In this document: piece after piece, positions 9,366 through 19,502 of the stretch
Layout: every line of letters starts with the position of its first letter
How positions within the stretch are numbered: the first letter of the stretch is position 1
Notes under the pieces: model-generated
The model's input: only the letters and a program-made list of their open reading frames with translations
Told to the model about the DNA's origin: nothing
The model's database searches: none
Origin: PVC group bacterium
GTDB lineage: Bacteria > Auribacterota > Erginobacteria > Erginobacterales > Erginobacteraceae
Direction of reading: 5' to 3'
Assembly: GCA_043804695.1 (NCBI GenBank)
Contig: JAZDIV010000019.1
Span: forward strand, 1 to 40,301
Length of the DNA: 40,301 nucleotides
Position numbers and translations under genes: made by a program

Positions 9366-10707
9366 GGTTCCTCGCTATTTTCAGTGGCCCGAGGGTTCAG
9401 TATAAGGCATCATCTTATGCATGAAGACACCAGAAAAGTTGTTTAGTGAGTTGTTGGGTCTGGGCCCGGCGTGGGCAGTTGAAGATGCGACATTCAAGGC
9501 CGAAAATAACATTGTAGAGTTGCGCGTTAAAGAGACGCCTGAGCTTTGGAAGATAGAACGTTGCCCCCATGATGGAAGCGATGGCGTGACCTGCCATGAT
9601 CACATACGAGGGCTTCGATGGCGACATTTGAACGTGTTCAACAAAGAAGTTGAAATCGTCTGCGATCTGCCTAGAGGGAAGTGTCCGAAGTGCGGAAAAG
9701 TATGGCGCGTGACCCCACCGTGGGAAGGACGGGCGAAGCATTTTACGAAAGAGTTTGAAGCCTTCGCCCTGACCTTGATGCGGGAGATGCCGGTTAAAAA
9801 GGCCGCGGAGATTCTTGGCGAGCAAGACACCAGAATGTGGCGGGTTGTGAGTGCCTACGTGGAAGAGGCGTACAAGAGCGTGGATATGTCGGATGTTGTT
9901 TCCGTCGGGGTTGATGAGATGTCTCGGGCGAAGGGCCATCGCTACCTGACAGTGTTTGCCGATTTGGTGCTCAAGCGAGTGCTTTTTGCAACTCCCGGGA
10001 AAGACAGCGAGACGTGGGCGGAGTTTGTCAAGGCGTTGGAGGACCATACGGGGCAGGCGGAATCGCTTACGAGCGTATCTATGGATATGAGCAAGGCCTA
10101 TGCGAAGGGAGTGCGCAAGAACTGCAGCAATGCCCGGATAGTCTACGACAAGTTTCACGTGATTGCCCATGCCAACAAAGCGGTGGATCTTGTCCGTCGG
10201 AGCGAAGCCCAGAGTGGCCGCCCGAAGGTTCGGGAGGCACTGGTCAAGAGTCGTTGGATCTGGCTTAAGAACCCGGAAAATCTGACCAAGAAACAGAAAG
10301 CCCGATTGAAGCGGATCGACCAGGATATGCTGCTGACCGGAAGAGCATACCAGATGCGGCTGGCGCTGCAGGAGATTTACCGGCTCGGTTCTGTCACTGA
10401 GGCGGCCAAGCGATTTGGCGAATGGTGCCGCTGGGTTCAACGAGAAGCTCGCAGAGCCAACCGATGGCTTCTTTACCATATGTCCCAGGTTGCCGATATG
10501 ATCGAATCCCATATCGCTGGAATCCTGGCGCACTGGGATCAGGGTGTGACCAATGCTTTTATGGAAGGGATTAATAGTGTTTTCTCCGCTGTTCGACGCA
10601 AGGCTCGTGGGTATCGAAGCTCCCGGAATATGATTACTATGCTCTACTTTGTCGCCGGCAAACTTCCTTCACCTGCTGAACTCAGCCACTGAAAATAGCG
10701 AGGAACC
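9366..10707 (+). mobile_element. ISL3-family insertion sequence, intact
   Basis: Perfect 23-bp TIR GGTTCCTCGCTATTTTCAGTGGC; 8-bp target duplication AATTTATT (9358-9365 and 10708-10715). Confidence 0.95.
9421..10692 (+). CDS. ISL3 family transposase
   Basis: Zinc-finger Cys motifs, VGVDE, SMDMSKAY, YDKFHV, TNAFMEGINS, ARGYRS. Confidence 0.95.
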   Translation: MKTPEKLFSELLGLGPAWAVEDATFKAENNIVELRVKETPELWKIERCPHDGSDGVTCHDHIRGLRWRHLNVFNKEVEIVCDLPRGKCPKCGKVWRVTPPWEGRAKHFTKEFEAFALTLMREMPVKKAAEILGEQDTRMWRVVSAYVEEAYKSVDMSDVVSVGVDEMSRAKGHRYLTVFADLVLKRVLFATPGKDSETWAEFVKALEDHTGQAESLTSVSMDMSKAYAKGVRKNCSNARIVYDKFHVIAHANKAVDLVRRSEAQSGRPKVREALVKSRWIWLKNPENLTKKQKARLKRIDQDMLLTGRAYQMRLALQEIYRLGSVTEAAKRFGEWCRWVQREARRANRWLLYHMSQVADMIESHIAGILAHWDQGVTNAFMEGINSVFSAVRRKARGYRSSRNMITMLYFVAGKLPSPAELSH

Positions 10708-10739
10708 AATTTATTTCTCTAAATTTTTTTGTTGCATGT

Positions 10740-10757
10740 GTTCACATATATGTTAAC
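10740..10757 (+). promoter_or_regulatory. Palindromic operator/promoter of HigBA copy 1
   Basis: GTTCACATATATGTTAAC, conserved at 20744-20765 before copy 2. Confidence 0.6.
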
Positions 10758-10764
10758 TTATGTT

Positions 10765-11115
10765 ATGAGAACAATTATCTTCTATCGAACGGAATCGGGT
10801 AACTGTCCGGTTGAAAAATTCCTTGATTCCCTTAATCCGAAGCAGGCGCAAAAAGTTCTTTGGGTTTTGCAGTTGGTAGAAGAATTGGATCAAGTACCGG
10901 CGCAATATTTCAAGAAGCTGGTTAATACCCAAGATATTTGGGAAGTCCGGGCTCAGGCCGGCAAGAAAATCTTTCGCTTGCTCGGCTTCTATGACGGGTC
11001 CAGATTGATTGTTTTAAACCACGCTTTTCAGAAGAAGACTCAAAAAACACCGGCCGGTGCTATTGCTCTGGCTGAAAAGAGAAAGCGAGATTTCCTGAGG
11101 AGGAAGAAGAAATGA
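10765..11115 (+). CDS. RelE/ParE (HigB/Gp49-like) toxin, copy 1
   Basis: IWEVR...IFRLLGF...IVLNHAFQKKTQKTP motif; toxin-first order. Confidence 0.9.
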   Translation: MRTIIFYRTESGNCPVEKFLDSLNPKQAQKVLWVLQLVEELDQVPAQYFKKLVNTQDIWEVRAQAGKKIFRLLGFYDGSRLIVLNHAFQKKTQKTPAGAIALAEKRKRDFLRRKKK

Positions 11116-11387
11116 GTGATGTTCGAAAATACGTAAAAACCCGAAAAGCACGGGACCCACAATTTGCGGAAAACTTCGATATCGGCTATGCTGATTTCAA
11201 GATTGGGATTTTATTCAAACAGGCGCGGGAAAGTGCCGGCTTGACCCAGGAAGAAGTAGCTAAAAAGTTGAATACTCAAAAATCTGCGATTTCCAGAATT
11301 GAGAATCACGCGGAGGATATCCGTTTATCCACTCTGGAAAAATTCGCCAAGGCATTGGGAAAGCAGGTCAGAGTTCAAGTTACATAA
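11112..11387 (+). CDS. XRE-family HTH antitoxin (HigA-like), copy 1
   Basis: ARESAGLTQEEVAKKLNTQKSAISRIEN HTH; 4-nt overlap with toxin. Confidence 0.9.
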   Translation: MSDVRKYVKTRKARDPQFAENFDIGYADFKIGILFKQARESAGLTQEEVAKKLNTQKSAISRIENHAEDIRLSTLEKFAKALGKQVRVQVT

Positions 11388-11403
11388 TCGCCACTAAAGA
11401 AAT

Positions 11404-11490
11404 CTTCCGGTGCCCATCCCTTACCGATTGGAAGCTGATCTTCAGATAATCCCAGATCAACCACGCTCTGGGACACCCGTCATGCCCGTT
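11404..11490 (+). repeat. Cassette-end repeat A, copy 2 (87 bp)
   Basis: CTTCCGGTGCCC...GGAAG...TCCCAGATCAACCACGCTCTGGGACACCCGTCATGCCCGTT. Confidence 0.95.
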
Positions 11491-11492
11491 GG

Positions 11493-11534
11493 CTCCTCCG
11501 GGGAAGTGTTTCCCCCGGAGGAGTTTTCTTTTTT
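11493..11534 (+). terminator. Intrinsic terminator after repeat A2
   Basis: CTCCTCCGGGG...CCCCGGAGGAG followed by a T-rich tract. Confidence 0.8.
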
Positions 11535-11553
11535 CCCATCTTGAAAAATCCTC

Positions 11554-11582
11554 TTGCATCCCCCCCAGGGATATCGTATCTT
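11554..11582 (+). promoter_or_regulatory. Putative sigma70 promoter of mazEF
   Basis: TTGCAT-17 nt-TATCTT. Confidence 0.5.
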
Positions 11583-11609
11583 CATTGTAGATACCAAAGG
11601 AGGCTCACT

Positions 11610-11852
11610 ATGCAAACCAAAGTTCAAAAATGGGGGAACAGTCTGGCCCTGCGGATTCCCAAGGTTCTGGCTCTGGATGCCCATATCAAGGAAGGCTCTC
11701 TGGTCGATATAGCTGTTTCAAACGGGGAGATTGTAGCCAAACCGACCAAGAAAGCTGTCTTTGATCTAAAAGAACTTGTAAGACAGATCACTCCGAAAAA
11801 TGTTCACAGCGAAATTGAAACCGGCGAACCCGTAGGCCGGGAGTCCTGGTAA
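11610..11852 (+). CDS. mazE: AbrB/MazE antitoxin
   Basis: MQTKVQKWGNSLALRIPK...ITPKNVHSEIETGEPVGRESW; AGGAGG RBS. Confidence 0.92.
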   Translation: MQTKVQKWGNSLALRIPKVLALDAHIKEGSLVDIAVSNGEIVAKPTKKAVFDLKELVRQITPKNVHSEIETGEPVGRESW

Positions 11853-12196
11853 TGAAAAAACGGTACGTTCCTGAGCGGGGCGATGTGGCCTGGCTTACTT
11901 TCACACCACAGGCCGGACATGAGCAAGCGGGGAGACGACCGGCTCTGGTCATCTCGCCGGCTCTTTATAACAAAAAAGTCGGTCTGGCGATTTTTTGTCC
12001 GATTACTTCGAAAGTTAAAGGCTATCCTTTTGAAGTAGAAATCCCGAAAGGCCTGAAGGTCGAGGGGGTTGTGCTTTCGGATCAGGTCAAGAGCTTGGAC
12101 TGGAGGGCAAGAAAAGCGAGTTTTTGTTGCAAGTTGCCCGAAGACGTATTCTCTGAAGTCGTCAATAAAATCGCCAGCCTGATTTTCACTGAATAA
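11852..12196 (+). CDS. mazF: MazF/PemK endoribonuclease toxin
   Basis: YVPERGDVAWLTFTPQAGHEQAGRRPALVISP...CPITSKVKGYPFEV...DQVKSLDWRAR. Confidence 0.93.
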   Translation: MKKRYVPERGDVAWLTFTPQAGHEQAGRRPALVISPALYNKKVGLAIFCPITSKVKGYPFEVEIPKGLKVEGVVLSDQVKSLDWRARKASFCCKLPEDVFSEVVNKIASLIFTE

Positions 12197-12365
12197 CTAA
12201 TCCATATTCCCCTTGGTTAAAATACTCATCAGCGTTATAGTTAATTGCATTGGCAATAAGTAATCGCTAATGTCAAACACCTGGAAAGATGAAAAATAGG
12301 TGTACAAAAATTTTTTGTCAAAATTCAGTCAACTACCCACTTTCTGGCCAAGTTATTGGGTTTAA

Positions 12366-15300
12366 TTGGAGAGCGCTAAGTTGAGAAAGGCCACTTTTAT
12401 CCTGACGGCGAGTATCTTTCCGGCCATTCTTCTCTTCTCTTCCCCATCGGCAGTTACTGCGGCCGAATGGTCGGAACCGACCGATATCGTCGCCCCTTCT
12501 TCCACCTTGAACAAGATTCCCCAGATCGCTCTCGACCCCGCCGGCAATCCCCACGTCACCTGGTACGGCAAGGACGCTTCCTCCAACTACCGGATATGGT
12601 ATGCGACGAAGAACGGTTCCGGCTGGACAACCGCTACCAATATCTCCGGCCCTTCCACTCCCACCTTGAACCGCGACCCCCGGATCGCTCTCGACTCCGG
12701 CGGGAATCCCCATATCGCCTGGGCCGGATCGGATGGAACAACCTACCGGATATATTACGCGGAAAATACCGGCTCCGGTTGGACGGCCGCCACCAACATC
12801 TCCGGGGGTTCGCCCCCCACCAGCAACCAGCTCCCCCAGATCGCGATCGACTCCTCTGGCCACCCCCACGTCACCTGGTACGGGAACGACGGCTCGACCA
12901 ATCGGATCTACTACGCGAAAAATACCGGCACCGGCTGGACGGCGGCCACCAACATATCCCCGGGCGCAGCCCCCACCTCCAACCAGAACCCCCAGATGGT
13001 AATTGACTCCGGCGGGTATCCCCACGTCACCTGGTTCGGATCTAACGGCACCTATAACCGGGCATATTACGCCCGGCAGACCGCAGCGGGCTGGACTGCC
13101 CCCACGGATGTTCTCATGGATCTCTGGAGTCCCTATGTGCAACATTGCGCCTATCCCCTGATCGGGCTGGACTCGGCCGACGATCCCAATATCGTGTATA
13201 TGGGGAATACTCCCGATCTGGGGAACTGCCTCTTCTCTTCATATTTAGCCGATCCCGGAGGGGTCTGGGCCAGCGGTTTACTAGATCAGGCCGAAAGCGT
13301 GGGGATAATGCCCGGAGAGTTGGTGGTGGATTCCGTCAACCGTCCCCACGTCGTGATGAGCTATCTCGGCTGGGGGATGGTGGCCTATTCATGGTCCGGT
13401 GACCGGGTGAACTGGTTCTCCCCGAAATTTTTCAACGTGCCGGGGGCCTCGGACCACGGAACTCCCCGGCTGGCTCTGGATACCGGCAACAACCCCCACG
13501 TCATCTTTGCGGCATATGTGGGCGGTGTCTCCCGGATATATTACACAGCAGCAAGCGGAGCGGTCTGGCCCGCCCCGACGGATATTACACTGGCCGGGGT
13601 CGGGGGAAACTCCAACGCCGTGATCGTACTGGACTCCCACGACCTTTCCCACGTTGTCTGGAAGGGGGGATACGATCCAAACAGCCGGATCTACTACTCC
13701 GCCCTGGTCACCACCCCCACGCCCACGCCGACACCGTTCGGCTACCGGACCCCCTCGCCTTCGGCAACTCCCAGTGCGACGCCGACGCCTTCGGTGACGC
13801 CAACGATGACACCATCTGTAACCCCGACGCCGACACCATCGATCACGCCGACGCCTTCAATTTCGCCGACCCCGAGTGTCACCTCCACCCCCTCGGTTAC
13901 TCCGCCGCCGACCGTGACGCCACCCCCATTAGGTGAGATTTTCGAGGTGCCGATCGTGGTCACCCTCAACTACTCGGGAAGCGGGGACACCGCCGTCTTC
14001 GCCGACAACTACGATAACTATAACTGCATCAAATTCCCGGACCTGGAGACCGGACCCGACGTGGTCTACGCCTTCGAGGTCGCTACCCCGGGGACGATAT
14101 CGATCGATCTCTCCGGCTTTACCTTCGATCTCGACCTCCTCCTCTGCCAGGAGCCCAGCTTCAATGCCTGCGTGGCCAAATCCGATAACGAATGGACCTG
14201 CCCCGAGCATATCTCCTACGCGGCCTCGCCTCAGACCTACTACACGGTGGTCGACGGCTTCGACGGGGCGATGAGTTTCTACAATATCACCATCTCTTTT
14301 ACCACCCCGACGCCGTCACCATCACCGAGTACGACGCCCACTCCCTCGGTGACCCCCACGCCACCGCCCACCATGACACCAACGCCCTCGGTCACACCGA
14401 CGCCTTCTGTCACACCTGCACCCAGTGTTACGCCTACTCCTTCAGTGACACCCACTCCTTCAGTAACGCCGACGCCCTCAGCGACGCCAACGCCTTCGGT
14501 AACTCCTACGCCCTCAGTTACGCCGACGCCCAGTGTCACCCCTACCCCATCGGCAACCCCGACACCTTCCGTTACACCGACGCCCAGCGTTACACCAACG
14601 CCGTCCGTCACTCCAACGCCTTCGGTAACTCCTCCGCCCTCAATGACGCCGACTCCCAGTGTCACTCCAACTCCATCGGTAACCCCTACGCCTTCAGTGA
14701 CCCCGACTCCAACGGTCACGCCTACGCCTTCCGTTACGCCGACGCCCAGTGTCACACCAACCCCGTCCGTTACTCCTACGTCTTCAGTGACCCCGACTCC
14801 AACGGTCACGCCTACGCCTTCCGTTACGCCGACGCCCAGTGTCACACCAACTCCTTCGGTTACACCCACGCCTTCAGTGACACCGACACCTTCGGTCACA
14901 CCGACATTGTCAGTTACGCCCACCTCTTCCGTGACACCGACACCTTCGGTGACTCCGACGCCGACGGCAGTTCCCTGTCTCTCGCCGCTGATGGTAAAAG
15001 ATATTAATTATATTGAAATCTTCGAGGTGAGGGCGTCAGTGAACAACGGCTGGTTCATCAGGGGGCTCTCCTGGAACGATTCCACCGACTTCGGTTATGT
15101 CCCCGACAAGCTCAACTTCTGGTTTGATGCCGGCCGATCGGCAAGCGAGACCCAACTCAAGTTCCGGATCGAGGAGGCGGCGGAGGTGATCGGGATTCAG
15201 GCCGGTGACAGGATCCGGATCGGGTACGACACCTACTACTACCTGGACGTGATCCTGCCGGAGGTTACGGTGGACGGGACGGTACTCTACGTGGGGCTGA

Positions 15301-16352
15301 ACGGGAGCACCTACACGGACCTTGCGCTCTGCTCTATCGCCAAGGGGACGCCGCCGCCGACGGTCACGCCCACGCTGACGCCCAGCCCGACGCCGTCGGT
15401 CACCCCGACCCCGAGTGTTACGCCGACACCGTCTCTAACTCCAACCCCCACCGCCTCAGTGCCTCCCAGCCCCACTCCGACCCCGAGCGCGGTGCCGACC
15501 GCTTCGGTCACGCCCACGCCTTCGCTACCTCCCACTCCGACTTCGACAGCCACACCTCCTCCCACCCCCACGCCCAGCCCCACCTGCGGTCCGACCATTG
15601 ACCCCCAGAGAGCGCTTACCGAGTCGGGGGACTATGACGGCGACGGGACGAGTGAGATCGCGATTTTCCGTCAAATCTCCGGCCTCTGGGCGATCCGGGG
15701 ATTAACGCGGATTCAATTCGGGGAGGGTACCGACCTGCCGGCCTCCGGTGATTACAATGGAGACGGGATAACGGATATCGCGATTTTCCGTCATAGCTCC
15801 GGCCTCTGGGCGGTCCGGGGATTGACCAGGGTTTACTTCGGGAATACCAATGATATTTCGATCCCCGGAGACTATGACGGTGACGGCTCTTGCGACATCG
15901 GCATCTTCCGGGACTCCTCCGGCCTGTGGGGGATCAGGGAAATTACCCGGACCTATTTCGGGACCGGGGGAGACTGGCCGGTGCCCGGCGACTTCGACGG
16001 GGACGATACCCGGGAGATCGCCGTCTTCCGGCAGGCATCAGGCCTCTGGGCGGTCCGGGGATTGAATAGAACATACTTTGGCGGCATCAACGACTGGCCC
16101 GCCGCCGCGGATTACTCAGGCGACGGGACCCGGGAGATCGCTATTTTCCGGCCTTGTACCGGTCTCTGGGCGCTGAAGGGATTGACCCGGATCTACTTCG
16201 GAAGATACACCGACTGGCCCCGGCCCGCGGATTACAACGGCGACCTGATGGATGATATCGGCATATTCCGGCCTGATTCAGCGCTGTGGGCTGTTAGAGG
16301 GGCAACCAGGATCTATTTCGGCACCAACGGCGACATCCCGGTAACGCGCTGA
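12366..16352 (+). CDS. Large secreted/surface protein: signal peptide, ~55-aa beta-propeller-like repeats, long Pro/Thr linkers, C-terminal FG-GAP-like module
   Basis: Repeated PQIALD..G.PHVTW...RIYYA..GSGWT units; TPTPSV tandem repeats; GDYDGDG..IAIFR..SGLWA repeats ending GDIPVTR; start codon uncertain. Confidence 0.8.
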   Translation: MESAKLRKATFILTASIFPAILLFSSPSAVTAAEWSEPTDIVAPSSTLNKIPQIALDPAGNPHVTWYGKDASSNYRIWYATKNGSGWTTATNISGPSTPTLNRDPRIALDSGGNPHIAWAGSDGTTYRIYYAENTGSGWTAATNISGGSPPTSNQLPQIAIDSSGHPHVTWYGNDGSTNRIYYAKNTGTGWTAATNISPGAAPTSNQNPQMVIDSGGYPHVTWFGSNGTYNRAYYARQTAAGWTAPTDVLMDLWSPYVQHCAYPLIGLDSADDPNIVYMGNTPDLGNCLFSSYLADPGGVWASGLLDQAESVGIMPGELVVDSVNRPHVVMSYLGWGMVAYSWSGDRVNWFSPKFFNVPGASDHGTPRLALDTGNNPHVIFAAYVGGVSRIYYTAASGAVWPAPTDITLAGVGGNSNAVIVLDSHDLSHVVWKGGYDPNSRIYYSALVTTPTPTPTPFGYRTPSPSATPSATPTPSVTPTMTPSVTPTPTPSITPTPSISPTPSVTSTPSVTPPPTVTPPPLGEIFEVPIVVTLNYSGSGDTAVFADNYDNYNCIKFPDLETGPDVVYAFEVATPGTISIDLSGFTFDLDLLLCQEPSFNACVAKSDNEWTCPEHISYAASPQTYYTVVDGFDGAMSFYNITISFTTPTPSPSPSTTPTPSVTPTPPPTMTPTPSVTPTPSVTPAPSVTPTPSVTPTPSVTPTPSATPTPSVTPTPSVTPTPSVTPTPSATPTPSVTPTPSVTPTPSVTPTPSVTPPPSMTPTPSVTPTPSVTPTPSVTPTPTVTPTPSVTPTPSVTPTPSVTPTSSVTPTPTVTPTPSVTPTPSVTPTPSVTPTPSVTPTPSVTPTLSVTPTSSVTPTPSVTPTPTAVPCLSPLMVKDINYIEIFEVRASVNNGWFIRGLSWNDSTDFGYVPDKLNFWFDAGRSASETQLKFRIEEAAEVIGIQAGDRIRIGYDTYYYLDVILPEVTVDGTVLYVGLNGSTYTDLALCSIAKGTPPPTVTPTLTPSPTPSVTPTPSVTPTPSLTPTPTASVPPSPTPTPSAVPTASVTPTPSLPPTPTSTATPPPTPTPSPTCGPTIDPQRALTESGDYDGDGTSEIAIFRQISGLWAIRGLTRIQFGEGTDLPASGDYNGDGITDIAIFRHSSGLWAVRGLTRVYFGNTNDISIPGDYDGDGSCDIGIFRDSSGLWGIREITRTYFGTGGDWPVPGDFDGDDTREIAVFRQASGLWAVRGLNRTYFGGINDWPAAADYSGDGTREIAIFRPCTGLWALKGLTRIYFGRYTDWPRPADYNGDLMDDIGIFRPDSALWAVRGATRIYFGTNGDIPVTR
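14305..14965 (+). repeat. 18-bp (TPTPSV) coding tandem repeat tract
   Basis: Dozens of TPTPSV units; an identical 70-bp block at 14692-14761 and 14782-14851. Confidence 0.9.
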
Positions 16353-16377
16353 TCAAGATAATTTAAACCGAGCAAAT

Positions 16378-16464
16378 CTTCCGGTGCCCGTCCCTCACCG
16401 TTCGGATGGCGATTTTGATGAAATCCCAGATTAACCACGCTCTGGGACACCCGTCATGCCCGTT
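16378..16464 (+). repeat. Cassette-end repeat A, copy 3 (87 bp)
   Basis: CTTCCGGTGCCCGTCCCTCACCGTTCGGATG...TCCCAGATTAACCACGCTCTGGGACACCCGTCATGCCCGTT. Confidence 0.95.
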
Positions 16465-16466
16465 AG

Positions 16467-16501
16467 AAAAGCCGGAGGGCATTATCCCCTCCGGCTTTTT
16501 T
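16467..16501 (+). terminator. Intrinsic terminator after repeat A3
   Basis: AAAAGCCGGAGGG...CCCTCCGGCTTTTTT. Confidence 0.85.
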
Positions 16502-16502
16502 A

Positions 16503-16574
16503 TTGGAATCGAAGGATTCCAAAACACGCAACACCCTGGTGTTGTCCCGGTCCAAGACCAGGATCGTCCCCGTT
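16503..16574 (+). repeat. Triple-hairpin repeat B, copy 1
   Basis: TTGGAATC-gaag-GATTCCAA, CAACACC..GGTGTTG, TCCCGGTC-caa-GACCAGGA, then TCGTCCCCGTT (same as tRNA-Asp 3' end). Confidence 0.85.
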
Positions 16575-16736
16575 AAAAAGATTCAGGCGGTTTTAAACCG
16601 CCTGAATCTTTTTAGTTCTAATTGTTTTTCTATAGCCATCCTCTCCCTTCCCATAGTTACTTTTTCTCCAGCCCTCAGCTTATTATGCTCCGTGCACGTC
16701 TTAGTTCGTAATATATTCCTCAATGCAGAAACCTAA

Positions 16737-18420
16737 CCCGGATTATTCATGAGAAAGTGAAAATTGAGGCATAAAAAATGGGAAAGCTCCAAGCATTCTG
16801 TTAGAATGCAATTAGTTACGGTAATAACCAAGGAGCTTTCCCATGATCACTATACCTCAGCAGGCTGTTTTATTTCCAGAACTATTTTCCAGGCCTGTTT
16901 CTGTCAGCTTTTCCAGGGACCATCTCAGCTCTGACGGAGGCTCGATTCTCCTGAAAGCCGTTGATCAAAAACTTGGCCTTACTCAGCTTGTCGCCGAAAC
17001 TTTTATTGACCGGCGGCAACCGGAAAAGATACGCCACGAAATCCTCGACCTTACCCGGCAGCGGCTCTTCAGCCTGGCTTCCGGTTACCCCGACTGTAAC
17101 GATGCCGGAAGATTGAAACAGGACCCGGTGCTCAAACTCATGTGTGATCGTGATCCGATTACGGGAGATGATCTCGGCTCCCAGCCGACACTTTCCCGGT
17201 TTGAAAACAGCGTCACTCGTTTTCAACTTCTTGAACTATCTACCCGGCTGGCCGAAAAAGTTCTTCGCCACCAGCAAAGCCGCCGGCGCGGCAAGCACAA
17301 ACCGAAACGAATCATCATCGACATTGATCCAACCCACGACGCGACTCACGGGCAACAGCAGATGACATTTTTTAACGGCTATTACGATACCTGGTGTTAC
17401 CTGCCCTTGGTCGTTACCATCTCCTTTAATAAAGAGCGCAGGAAGTACCCCATCGCCGTGATTCTTCGTCCGGGCAACGCCGGAGCAATGACCGGAACAC
17501 TGGCGATCCTTAAACGACTTGTCCCTCGTATCAGATCCTTTTTCCCGAAAGGACGCCTCTTCTTTCGAGCTGACGGCGCTTACTGCAACCCGGATCTCCT
17601 GGACTGGCTGGAAGAAAAATCGATTTATTACACAATACCGATCGGCTCCAACCCCGTACTCGAAAGAATCTCAGCCCCCTGGATGGATCTGGTCCGTCAG
17701 GCGACGCATCTCCATGGCAAGAGCGTTACCATCTACCGAGAAGATTCCTACCAGGCCGGTACCTGGTCTCATCCCCGCCGTCTTGTCTATAAGGCGGAAG
17801 TCCTGGTCCAGTGGAGCGATTACCGGGATAATGCCCGGTACACCATCACCACCCTCCCACATAACTTGGGCGCGGAAGGTGTTTTCCGTTTCTATTACGG
17901 TCACTCCGACATCGAGAATTCGATCAAAGATTTCAAGAATGACCTCAGCCTGGACCGAACGAGCTGTACCTCCTTTTTAGCAAATCAACTCCGGGTTATC
18001 TGGTCTCTATCCGCGTATATTCTGATGCAGGCTCTCCAGGAACGGATCAGCGATCCGATCCTATCGCGGGCGACGATGGGTACATTACGCGAACGTCTCT
18101 TTAAAATCGCCGTCCGGGTAAAGGAATCGACCCGTCAGATCACCTTTCTTTTGACAACGCACTACCCGTGGCAAGGCACCTGGTTGGCGTGCGCCCGTAG
18201 TGTCGGCGCTGTTGCCGGATGAGGCTGGAAAACACAAGTAAATTTTACTGCTCCTATTCCTTTGGGGCGGTGTCTGTTTCAAAACGTTCTTTTGCCCTGT
18301 GCCCTATCCGAAAAGTTTCTCTCCTGTTCCCGGTTTTCGATTTAATCTATCCGATGGAGTAAAGATTCACAATTTGATGATAAAAATAGCCATATTTTCA
18401 GACTTCATGAATAATCCGGG
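16737..18420 (+). mobile_element. IS1380-family insertion sequence, intact
   Basis: 16-bp TIR CCCGGATTATTCATGA / TCATGAATAATCCGGG; 4-bp target duplication CTAA on both sides. Confidence 0.93.
16843..18222 (+). CDS. IS1380 family transposase
   Basis: LSSDGG, GYPDCNDA, LGSQPTLSRFEN, IDIDPTHDATHGQQQ, FRADGAY, ENSIKDFK motifs. Confidence 0.95.
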   Translation: MITIPQQAVLFPELFSRPVSVSFSRDHLSSDGGSILLKAVDQKLGLTQLVAETFIDRRQPEKIRHEILDLTRQRLFSLASGYPDCNDAGRLKQDPVLKLMCDRDPITGDDLGSQPTLSRFENSVTRFQLLELSTRLAEKVLRHQQSRRRGKHKPKRIIIDIDPTHDATHGQQQMTFFNGYYDTWCYLPLVVTISFNKERRKYPIAVILRPGNAGAMTGTLAILKRLVPRIRSFFPKGRLFFRADGAYCNPDLLDWLEEKSIYYTIPIGSNPVLERISAPWMDLVRQATHLHGKSVTIYREDSYQAGTWSHPRRLVYKAEVLVQWSDYRDNARYTITTLPHNLGAEGVFRFYYGHSDIENSIKDFKNDLSLDRTSCTSFLANQLRVIWSLSAYILMQALQERISDPILSRATMGTLRERLFKIAVRVKESTRQITFLLTTHYPWQGTWLACARSVGAVAG

Positions 18421-18680
18421 CTAAGGCAGAGATTTTCTTTGCTTTGAACGACAACGACAGGGTATTATTTATCTGTAAACATAGTAGATAGAGTCATGAT
18501 TGTGGAGCGTAAAAATGGACCGATTCGTTTGAATCGGCGTTGTATTATATTTTGCGATAATTGCCTGTAAGACAATTTTCCGGAAATAGAATACGATGCC
18601 TCGGGATGTGGAGAATGAGCGGTTTGGGCTTGCTTAGTGTAGTTTATTTCTGTATAAGATAATGCCTCCTAGGGGTATTA

Positions 18681-19502
18681 ATGAATACAAAACTAAAACA
18701 ACCGGCCAAGGGGCGACTGGGAAATTTGGAGCAACGGTTCCTTTCCTATGCCCAGTTTATGAAGCTGTCGCTGGTTCGGGTCGGACAGTTGCGGGAAGTA
18801 CTTGAACTGACCGACGAACAAGAGCGCAAAGTACTTTCACGCCTGGCACGGGGGGGGACCATCATTCGCCTCAAGCGCGGGGTGTATCTTGTGCCTTCTC
18901 AATTGCCTCTGGGCGGAGTTTGGAATCCGGGCGAGGCGGTCATCCTTCGGGAATTGATGCGCGCGTGCGACAATGGCCGGTGCCAGTTTTGCGGATGGCC
19001 GGTTTTCAACCGATACGGTTTTACCGAACAGGTCTCCGCTCGGATCTTTGTCTATAACAACCGTATCTACGGGCCCCGGATTATCGGCGGCCGGGATTTC
19101 ACCTTCATCAAGGTTCCGGATCGCCGACTCGGTGGAACGGAGAAAGCGATGATGCCCGACGGCCAGGAAAGCCTCTTGCCCACCAAAGCCCGCGCGCTCG
19201 TGGATGCGGTGGTCGAATGGCCACGCTTTGGCACGCTTCCTAAAGCGTTCGGATGGATTCGAGAAACGGTCGAGAAAGACCCCGGCATGGCCGCATGCAT
19301 AGCTGACGCAGCCTGCAGTTTTGGCAATCAGGGGACGATTCGGCGCATCGGATATGTTCTGGATAAGGCGGGTCTCTCGAATGCATCTCGATGCAAGCTG
19401 CGTGGGAGCTTGCGGAGCAAGACGTCGGTCATTCCACTTGTGCCCGCCCGGCCTGCTCGCGGACCCGTCAATGCTAATTGGGGGACCATAGATAATGAAT
19501 GA
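18681..19502 (+). CDS. abiEi: AbiEi-family antitoxin/transcriptional regulator (type IV TA)
   Basis: wHTH LSRLARGGTIIRLKRGVY, YGFTEQV, IRRIGY and terminal W..IDN motifs; upstream of AbiEii. Confidence 0.8.
   Translation: MNTKLKQPAKGRLGNLEQRFLSYAQFMKLSLVRVGQLREVLELTDEQERKVLSRLARGGTIIRLKRGVYLVPSQLPLGGVWNPGEAVILRELMRACDNGRCQFCGWPVFNRYGFTEQVSARIFVYNNRIYGPRIIGGRDFTFIKVPDRRLGGTEKAMMPDGQESLLPTKARALVDAVVEWPRFGTLPKAFGWIRETVEKDPGMAACIADAACSFGNQGTIRRIGYVLDKAGLSNASRCKLRGSLRSKTSVIPLVPARPARGPVNANWGTIDNE

Noticed and set aside
14279..14923. Minus-strand GVTEGV-repeat ORF and alternate-frame ORF 14192-15007
   Set aside because: By-products of the TPTPSV coding repeat.
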